This document shows positions 57,161 to 64,000 of a stretch of DNA of 64,000 bases, piece after piece. The notes under the pieces are model-generated. The model was given only the letters and a program-made list of their open reading frames with translations. It was not told the DNA's origin and ran no database searches. This stretch comes from an uncultured Gammaproteobacteria bacterium. Its GTDB lineage: Bacteria > Patescibacteriota > Microgenomatia > UBA12405. Both the position numbers and the translations under genes were made by a program. The stretch covers positions 129,702 through 193,701 of the forward strand of contig CAZCYZ010000001.1 of assembly GCA_964503465.1 (NCBI GenBank), given 5' to 3'. Each line of letters starts with the position of its first letter. The first letter of the stretch is position 1.

Positions 57161-57721
57161 ATGGATTCAAATCAACAGTACCAAGATATTCTTGATCAAT
57201 ATCAAAAGACTTTTAGTAATCCGCCTTCACCCTCAGTACCAGCCCCCCCTCAACCACTCGAATCAGTACCTCCATCTCCAGTACCTCCTCCTTCACCTGT
57301 TTTACTTCCACCTGTTTCACCCCCACCCATATCACCGCCACCACAACCGGTTTTACCTCCACCCCCACCTGTTCAAGCCCTGACTAAGCCAAGTAAGGAC
57401 TCAACTATTTTCTTTAAAATTTTGTTTATCCTTTCCTTTCTTCTATTTTTAGGAGTTGCTGCTGCCGTTGTTTATAATCTCCTAAGCCAACAATTGGGGT
57501 CAAACCCTCTTCCTATCAAAAAAATTACTACCACCCCATCGGAAACGCCCACTCAAGCAGTTTCTTTTTGCGAACTCAACGATCAACGTTACCAAGTCGG
57601 TCAATCATTTCCCGCCGCCGATGGCTGCAATACCTGTACTTGTCTTGAGGACTTAACTATTAGTTGCACCGAACTTTCTTGTGACATTACTCCTGCAGTT
57701 TCTCCGGTAAATGGATCATAA
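57161..57721 (+). CDS. Pro-rich membrane-anchored protein with C-terminal six-Cys module
   Basis: PPSPVPPPSPVLLPPVSPPPISPPPQP tract, TM ILFILSFLLFLGVAAAVV, C-terminal CELNDQRYQVGQSFPAADGCNTCTCLEDLTISCTELSCD. Confidence 0.4.
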   Translation: MDSNQQYQDILDQYQKTFSNPPSPSVPAPPQPLESVPPSPVPPPSPVLLPPVSPPPISPPPQPVLPPPPPVQALTKPSKDSTIFFKILFILSFLLFLGVAAAVVYNLLSQQLGSNPLPIKKITTTPSETPTQAVSFCELNDQRYQVGQSFPAADGCNTCTCLEDLTISCTELSCDITPAVSPVNGS

Positions 57722-59633
57722 CCGTCCCCGAATAATTATTTTTCTTTTTGTACTTATTGCCATTATTTTTGTCGATATTTTATTGGTCATTTATCGTCGG
57801 CAGTCCCCTCCTGCCCCAACATCCCCCGATCTCACCTCCACTTGGAAGACCTACGAGAACAAAGAATACGGATTCTCGCTTGAGTATCCGGGTCAGTATG
57901 GTCTTAAGTCGGACACGACCAACAATCTAACCAATATTGTATCCTCCGACTACCGCGACGACTCCTACGACTCCGAACCTGGTGCGGCATATCAATACGC
58001 CTCAGCAATGTTCGGAATATCAGTTGAAGATCGTGCTTGCACTCCGCCGTCCGTAGACACATCTAACCCATCTTCGGCAAAAACCACCATCGTTTCAACC
58101 AAGGATGTTGCAACAGGTGTTGTGTACGGATTTCAAAGTTACCCAGATAACTACAGTTTGTTCCAGGCTAGAATGTTCAATAACAAGTGCCTAGTTATTT
58201 CTTGTTTATCTTCAACCAAAGGTTGTTTGGAAAATGAAGTCAGTGAGGAATTTAACCAAATCCTTTCTACTCTTCAGTTTGCTGATCCTGCCTCTACCTG
58301 GAAAACATACGAAAACAAAAAATATGGTTTTTCTTTGCAGTATCCAAGTACATGGACTGTGGAAGAAAGTACAAATTCATCCCCCTCGGTCTCCTTCAAC
58401 CCTCATATAGATTCTCCCCACCTGGCCGGCCCAATAGAACCAAAAGCAGTCCCGTATGAATTAACAATTGATAAAACCAATGATAATTTTGACAAGTGGA
58501 AACAAAGGAATAATTTTCTCCCTGATATAAAGTTTTCCGTCCTGAAGATAAATAACTTGAATTTATATATTACCCGAGATCTACCGGATATGTTTGGTAA
58601 TTATGATGTCTTTGTAGATTATCCGGATGGCAGTGGTTTATTGAGATTTACTTTGTTTCCCGTCGAGGATGATCAGGAGTTAGATAACAAAATAATATCT
58701 ACTTTTAACCAAATTCTCTCCACTTTTAAATTTCTTGACACCCCCGATCTCACCTCCACTTGGAAGACATACGAGAACAAAGAACTTGGAATTAGTTTGA
58801 AGTATCCGTCGTCTTGGTACCCAGAAGGTAATTTCTTAATGCACGAAACCTGCAAAGCAAACACTAGCTGCCTGACATTGTCATTCAGTTTGACACCAAA
58901 ATCACTTCAACAATTAACCTCCGAGATTGCCATTAATGATGGTGCAGTCGACAATACCGACACCAAACCTACCCCGGTTATGGTCAACAACTTGTCTGGT
59001 TTCGAGCTTGTATACGGTGATGCCATGGGCTTAGGTAACCGAAAAATATATCTTAGTCGTCTCAACCAAAATCTTTTGATCGAACACATTATTCATGAAT
59101 CGAATCTAAAATCACAAATTAACCAAATCCTAGCCACTCTCGTCTTTAATCCCCTCGACTCTACCTCCACCTGGAAAACCTACGAAAATAAAGAGTACAA
59201 CTTTACTTTCAAATACCCGGCTACACTTAAGTTAGAACAAAATTATAATTCCCAAGATCACAAGAATTATTACGTTTCCCTTAGTAACTACAGTGAAGAC
59301 CAAACCCAGATACTACATGTATCTGAGAACTACATAAAGATCGAATTTATCACCGAAGATCTCTCCTCTGTTTCTAACATTTCTGAATTTGCCAACGACC
59401 CCAACATATTTTTACGCCACGTCAAAGACCAGCACCTTTCTGGCAATGATCCAACTAGTGCACAATCCCAAGTCATCGGCGGCCATAACTGTTGGTATAT
59501 CAAAGGGTCAGACACATCAGTTCATTGCTTTGATTCAGTTCATAAGAGGGAGTTCATCATTAGTAGAGGCATCCCCACTATTGCTTCACTGTCCGTTTTT
59601 GATCAAATTTTATCAACTCTAAAATTCCTTTAA
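57711..59633 (+). CDS. Secreted protein made of four tandem ~140-aa repeats (each 'TSTWKTYENKEYGFSLxYP ... NQILSTLKF')
   Basis: N-terminal TM/signal. Four copies of STWKTYENK(E/K)(Y/L)GFSL(E/Q/K)YP at aa ~40, ~205, ~345 and ~485. Each repeat ends (F/I)NQIL(S/A)TL(K/Q/V)F. Confidence 0.55.
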   Translation: MDHNRPRIIIFLFVLIAIIFVDILLVIYRRQSPPAPTSPDLTSTWKTYENKEYGFSLEYPGQYGLKSDTTNNLTNIVSSDYRDDSYDSEPGAAYQYASAMFGISVEDRACTPPSVDTSNPSSAKTTIVSTKDVATGVVYGFQSYPDNYSLFQARMFNNKCLVISCLSSTKGCLENEVSEEFNQILSTLQFADPASTWKTYENKKYGFSLQYPSTWTVEESTNSSPSVSFNPHIDSPHLAGPIEPKAVPYELTIDKTNDNFDKWKQRNNFLPDIKFSVLKINNLNLYITRDLPDMFGNYDVFVDYPDGSGLLRFTLFPVEDDQELDNKIISTFNQILSTFKFLDTPDLTSTWKTYENKELGISLKYPSSWYPEGNFLMHETCKANTSCLTLSFSLTPKSLQQLTSEIAINDGAVDNTDTKPTPVMVNNLSGFELVYGDAMGLGNRKIYLSRLNQNLLIEHIIHESNLKSQINQILATLVFNPLDSTSTWKTYENKEYNFTFKYPATLKLEQNYNSQDHKNYYVSLSNYSEDQTQILHVSENYIKIEFITEDLSSVSNISEFANDPNIFLRHVKDQHLSGNDPTSAQSQVIGGHNCWYIKGSDTSVHCFDSVHKREFIISRGIPTIASLSVFDQILSTLKFL

Positions 59634-59643
59634 TCTCCCCCAT

Positions 59644-59671
59644 TGACCCATACCTAACTTGTATATATAAT
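59644..59671 (+). promoter_or_regulatory. Putative sigma70-type promoter (TTGACC-N16-TATAAT) upstream of rpoB
   Basis: Hexamers seen in the 55-nt intergenic region. Confidence 0.35.
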
Positions 59672-59688
59672 ACCCAACATCGTCAGAG

Positions 59689-62600
59689 GTGGGCGTCCTG
59701 GGCCCTTTTATTAAACAAAATTCAAAAAACTCGATGGGTTCCGCAAAAAGAATTAACTGGGGTAAAAAATACCCCAATCTTCCCGCGCTTGATTTAGTTA
59801 AGGTCCAAAAAGAATCTTGGAATCAACTGCTCCACCAGGAACTTGCTCAAACAATTTGTTCTATTTCACCAATTTCTGACTACACTGGTAACAACTGGGA
59901 ATTAACTCTTGGTGACCTTTCCTACGAACCAATCACTATTACTCCTGACATCGCCAAGAAAAAAGGTCTCAACTATACCGTTCCGGTCCGTGTCAAGGCC
60001 ACTCTTACCAACAAACGTACTGGTCATGTTGCGCAAGAAAATGTCTTTTTCCTAAACCTTCCCACCATGACCGAAGAAGGTACCTTTATTGTTAACGGTA
60101 TCGAAAGAGGTGTTATCAATCAATTAGTTCGATCTCCCGGAGTCTACTTTACCGCTCAAGCTGATCCTGCCACTGGTAAAAGTCTTTACAATGCCGAGAT
60201 TCGCCCCGTCCGTGGTTCATGGCTTGAATTTTTTATTGGCAAAAAAGATGTTATTTTTGCCCGTATCGATAGGAAGAAAAAATTTCCCGCCAGTATAATT
60301 CTTCGAGCCGCTTGCCAATTCTCCGACAAACAATTTGTTGACGAATTTTCCGATTATATTAATCACACTCTTCAGGCCGATGTAACCAAGAACAGCGAGG
60401 AGGCTATTATGGAGTTTTATCGCAAACTTCGACCCGGTGAGCCAGTGATTTTGGAAAACGCCCAAAAATTTTTTGAAGAAAGATTTTTTGACCTTCGCAC
60501 TTATGAGCTCGGTAATGTCGGTCGTTACAAAATCAACAAAAAATTCTCTTTCCGTTTCTCCGATGAAGATAAGTCCAACTGGGTTCTCAAAAAAGAAGAT
60601 CTTATCGCCACGGTCAAATATTTAATTCAACTTCAAAAAGGCGAAGTTAATCGTCTCGACGATATTGACAGTCTCGGGAATCGTCGTCTTCGTCGTTGTG
60701 GCGAAATTGTTTCCCAGGTTGCTATCCGTCCCGCTCTTATTCGCTTCGAGCGGATGATTAAGGAACGAATGAGTTTGATTTCCACCAAAGAAAAACCCAC
60801 CCCGAGCCAAATGATTAATCCCCAGCCATTAATTTCCTCCCTCAATACTTTCTTTAGAAGCAATCAACTTTCAGCTATTTTGGACCAGACCAATCCTCTC
60901 TCTGAAGTCGATCTTTTGCGTCGAGTCACCGTAGTTGGTATCGGAGGCTTAACTCGCGAAAGAGCCGCCTTTTCCATTCGTGACGTTCATTCGTCTCAAT
61001 ATGGTCGTATTTGTACTGTTCGTTCTCCCGAAGGTCCCAACATCGGTTTGGTTACTTATCTTGCTCTTTATGCTCAAGTTAATAAGTATGGTTTTATCGA
61101 AGCACCCTTCCGCCCTGTTGAAAAAGTAGGCAAGCACTATCGAATCGCTGACAAGTTTGTCTATCTCGACGCCGATGATGAGTTTGATAAACACATTACT
61201 CACTTAGCTATCAAAATTAACGACGAAGGTGTTATTGAGCAAGAATGGATCCCGATTCGTTATCAGGGTGAATTTATCGAAGGTCCAGTTGAATTAGTTG
61301 AGTTTATTGACCTTGTCCCCCGGCAAATAGTTGGGTCATCTGCCTCTCTAATTCCTTTTGTCGATCACGACGACGCTACCCGGGCTCTTATGGGCAGCCA
61401 CATGCAGACTCAGGCTGTACCTTTGGTCAAACCAGAGACCCCAATTGTCGGTACCGGTATGGAGTCCCATATCGCTTCTGCCATGAAAAGAAGTATTACC
61501 GCCAACCACGGTGGCAAAGTCACTTATGTTGATGCTCAAAAAGTCATAATTACTCTGAACAAGAAGGTTGATCCCCAAGATGTTCACGACCATAGCGAAA
61601 TTAGTAAAGACGGCAAACTCCAAACTTATCATCTAACCAAGTTTGAGCGCACCTCTCCATATGGTACTTGTTACAACCAACGAGTTGTTGTTAATGTTGG
61701 TGACACCGTTAAGGAAGGGGATCTTCTTATTGATGGTCCTTCCACCGAGAATGGCGAATTATCTCTTGGTCGTAATCTTTTGGTTGCCTACGCCTCCATT
61801 GATGGTCTCTCATATGAAGATTCTTTCTTGATTTCCGATCGCTTAGTCAAGGAAGATGTTCTCACCAACATTCAAATTTACGAATACCCCGCCAATGTTG
61901 TCGAAACCAAGCTGGGTAGTGAGGAATTAACCAAAGATATTCCCAATGTTTCCGAGAATGAACTCGCCAAACTAACCGATGATGGGATTGTTATGATTGG
62001 AGCCATTGTTGGTCCAAATGACATTTTGGTAGGTAAAGTTGAGCCTCGTGGTGAAAAAGAACTTACCGCTGAAGAAAGATTGCTTCGTGCTATTTTTGGC
62101 GAGAAAGCTCGTGAAGTTAAGGACACTTCACTTCGTGTCCCCAATGGTGAAGGCGGAGTCGTCATCAAAGTCGATGTCCTCGATAAGGACAAGGGTGACG
62201 AACTTGATCCAGGTGTTAATAAGGTTGTCAAAGTTTACGTTGCTCAAATCCGTCGGATTCAGGAGGGTGACAAAATTGCTGGACGACACGGGAACAAAGG
62301 TGTTGTTTGCCGTATTATGCCCGAATATGACATGCCACATCTGGCTGATGGTACCCCGGTAGATTTAGTTATTTCACCTCTTTCTGTTATTGCTCGTATG
62401 AACTTGGGCCAAATTCTTGAAACCACTCTCGGTTTGGCTGGTCATTCTCTCTCCCGTCAATACGCTGTTCCGGTATTTGATAAGTATTCCGAGGATCAAA
62501 TTGCCAAAGAACTCCAACAAGCAGGTTTAGACACTATCGGCAAAACTCAATTGTATGATGGCCGAACCGGTGAACCATACGATCAAAAGTCCGTTGTTGG

Positions 62601-63015
62601 TGTCAGCTACATTCTCAAATTGGTTCACATGGTTGACGACAAGGTTCATGCCCGTTCAACTGGGCCTTATTCTCTCGTTACCCAACAACCACTGGGCGGT
62701 AAAGCCCGCATGGGTGGTCAACGTTTGGGCGAAATGGAGGTTTGGGCTCTGGAAGCTCATCGAGCTGCCCATACTCTCCAGGAAATGCTCACCCTCAAGT
62801 CAGACGATATCGAGGGTCGTACTCGTGCCTTTCAATCAATTATCAAAGGTCTCCCCATTCCCGAACCCGATATTCCCGAGTCATTTAAGGTTCTTACCAA
62901 AGAGTTAGCTGGTTTGGGCATTGATATTTCTCCGGTCGGATTTTCACCAAAAGTTGACGAAGTTATTCCTAGTCAACCGTTAGCAGATTTAGATACCACT
63001 CAAAAAAATGACTGA
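59689..63015 (+). CDS. rpoB: DNA-directed RNA polymerase subunit beta
   Basis: Conserved RpoB blocks throughout. The GTG at 59689 lies only ~12 nt from the predicted -10, so the ATG at 59734 (MGSAKR...) may be the true start. Confidence 0.95.
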   Translation: MGVLGPFIKQNSKNSMGSAKRINWGKKYPNLPALDLVKVQKESWNQLLHQELAQTICSISPISDYTGNNWELTLGDLSYEPITITPDIAKKKGLNYTVPVRVKATLTNKRTGHVAQENVFFLNLPTMTEEGTFIVNGIERGVINQLVRSPGVYFTAQADPATGKSLYNAEIRPVRGSWLEFFIGKKDVIFARIDRKKKFPASIILRAACQFSDKQFVDEFSDYINHTLQADVTKNSEEAIMEFYRKLRPGEPVILENAQKFFEERFFDLRTYELGNVGRYKINKKFSFRFSDEDKSNWVLKKEDLIATVKYLIQLQKGEVNRLDDIDSLGNRRLRRCGEIVSQVAIRPALIRFERMIKERMSLISTKEKPTPSQMINPQPLISSLNTFFRSNQLSAILDQTNPLSEVDLLRRVTVVGIGGLTRERAAFSIRDVHSSQYGRICTVRSPEGPNIGLVTYLALYAQVNKYGFIEAPFRPVEKVGKHYRIADKFVYLDADDEFDKHITHLAIKINDEGVIEQEWIPIRYQGEFIEGPVELVEFIDLVPRQIVGSSASLIPFVDHDDATRALMGSHMQTQAVPLVKPETPIVGTGMESHIASAMKRSITANHGGKVTYVDAQKVIITLNKKVDPQDVHDHSEISKDGKLQTYHLTKFERTSPYGTCYNQRVVVNVGDTVKEGDLLIDGPSTENGELSLGRNLLVAYASIDGLSYEDSFLISDRLVKEDVLTNIQIYEYPANVVETKLGSEELTKDIPNVSENELAKLTDDGIVMIGAIVGPNDILVGKVEPRGEKELTAEERLLRAIFGEKAREVKDTSLRVPNGEGGVVIKVDVLDKDKGDELDPGVNKVVKVYVAQIRRIQEGDKIAGRHGNKGVVCRIMPEYDMPHLADGTPVDLVISPLSVIARMNLGQILETTLGLAGHSLSRQYAVPVFDKYSEDQIAKELQQAGLDTIGKTQLYDGRTGEPYDQKSVVGVSYILKLVHMVDDKVHARSTGPYSLVTQQPLGGKARMGGQRLGEMEVWALEAHRAAHTLQEMLTLKSDDIEGRTRAFQSIIKGLPIPEPDIPESFKVLTKELAGLGIDISPVGFSPKVDEVIPSQPLADLDTTQKND

Positions 63016-64000
63016 TTTTACCGGACTTCGTATTAAACTTGCCTCACCTGAAGAGATCCTCAAATGGTCGCACGGTGAAGTCACCAAGCCTGAAACTATC
63101 AATTATCGTAGCTGGCGTCCCGAGAAAGATGGGCTTTTCTGCGAAAAAATCTTTGGGCCAAGTCGTGACTACGAATGTTATTGTGGTAAGTACAAAAAAA
63201 TTAGATTTAAGGGTGTTATTTGTGATAAATGTGGAGTTGAAGTCACCACCTCCAAAGTCCGACGCGAACGTATGGGTCACATCTCTCTGGCTGCTCCAGT
63301 CACTCATCTCTGGTACCTTCGCAACACTCCATCACCCATTAGCGTCATCCTCGATATTCCTCAAAAAGATCTTGAGTCAGTTGTTTACTTTACCAAATAT
63401 CTTGTTACTTCAGTCGATAACGACAAAAGAAAAGAGGCCCTCGACAATCTACATCAGTTAAGTCGCCAAAGAGTCGAGCAAATCGATGTCGATACTAAAC
63501 GAGCCATCGATTCGTCCACCAAACAAGCTCAAGAGGACAAAAAAGTACTCAAAACCAAAATCAAAAATCCAGACCAACTTCTTATTGCCCAAAAAGAACG
63601 CGATGTCCGCCTCAAGCAGGATGTTCAAAAGATCGAAAACAAAGCTCAAACTGAAAAATCTCGAATTGAAAGCTTGATTAAGTTTCTCGAGGATAAGATT
63701 CGTTCCTTGGATACCCTAACTGTTATTGGAGACGAAGAAAGTTTTTATTTAGCCCAGTTTAAGGCCGACATCTTCTTCCAATCCAAAATGGGCGCCGAGG
63801 CTGTCTATGAAGTTCTCAAGAAAATTGATCTCCCTGAAACTGTTAAGAATCTTAAAAAAGAGCTTGCTAAGACCAGTAGCCGTCTTCGTAAGAAGAAAAT
63901 CATGTACAAAATCCGCATTATCAACGGCATGATCGAAAATGAAATCCGTCCCGAATGGATGGTTATGACCAATGTTCCAGTTGTCCCACCAGATCTTCGA
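63008..64000 (+). CDS. rpoC: DNA-directed RNA polymerase subunit beta' (5' part, continues beyond window)
   Basis: [51 protein letters not shown]...CYCGKY...CDKCGVEV zinc-binding N-terminus. The ATG overlaps the rpoB stop by 8 nt. Confidence 0.9.
   Translation, partial: MTDFTGLRIKLASPEEILKWSHGEVTKPETINYRSWRPEKDGLFCEKIFGPSRDYECYCGKYKKIRFKGVICDKCGVEVTTSKVRRERMGHISLAAPVTHLWYLRNTPSPISVILDIPQKDLESVVYFTKYLVTSVDNDKRKEALDNLHQLSRQRVEQIDVDTKRAIDSSTKQAQEDKKVLKTKIKNPDQLLIAQKERDVRLKQDVQKIENKAQTEKSRIESLIKFLEDKIRSLDTLTVIGDEESFYLAQFKADIFFQSKMGAEAVYEVLKKIDLPETVKNLKKELAKTSSRLRKKKIMYKIRIINGMIENEIRPEWMVMTNVPVVPPDLR

Overview
This window reads as a low-GC (~40% by eye), gene-dense, mostly plus-strand stretch of a reduced bacterial genome with Candidate Phyla Radiation/Patescibacteria-like hallmarks. 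The hallmarks include truncated housekeeping proteins (AlaRS without a C-Ala domain, short IF-2, short HrcA, DnaJ without a zinc finger), an archaeal-type ProRS, DUF2298 'YYY' and GT-C membrane proteins, a sortase and giant surface proteins. The conserved backbone is uvrD, femAB, gatC, gatA, a DUF362 gene, an orf96, gatB, a helicase-nuclease, gme (minus strand), a surface protein, rmuC, hrcA-grpE-dnaK-dnaJ, nusA-infB, rpsO-pnp, a stand-alone Lon AAA+ module, rnj, proS (with a T-box leader), ftsK, a rodZ-like gene, alaS, sortase, ruvX, mltG, a miaB-like gene (minus strand) and rpoB-rpoC. No rRNA, tRNA or CRISPR array was recognised. Candidates for unusual biology are listed here. (1) A seven- to eight-gene membrane-protein cluster at 221-10290 combines a UbiA-like prenyl-phosphate phosphoribosyltransferase, three GT-C glycosyltransferases, DUF362, a PAP2 phosphatase and a DUF2298/YYY protein, resembling a decaprenyl-phospho-pentose-type lipid-linked glycosylation pathway. 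(2) A translationally coupled DUF362 + small-protein pair is wedged inside the gatCAB operon. (3) A minus-strand two-gene module at 43072-44267 pairs a C-terminally membrane-anchored class III nucleotidyl cyclase with a small basic protein. (4) A minus-strand PD-(D/E)xK-like nuclease island lies between gatB and a Fe-S helicase-nuclease. (5) A Lon-like AAA+ ATPase has neither LAN nor protease domain. (6) Surface proteins carry internal repeats and a shared 'xYPxxW' domain signature. All family assignments come from motif recognition by eye and need HMM and structure confirmation.
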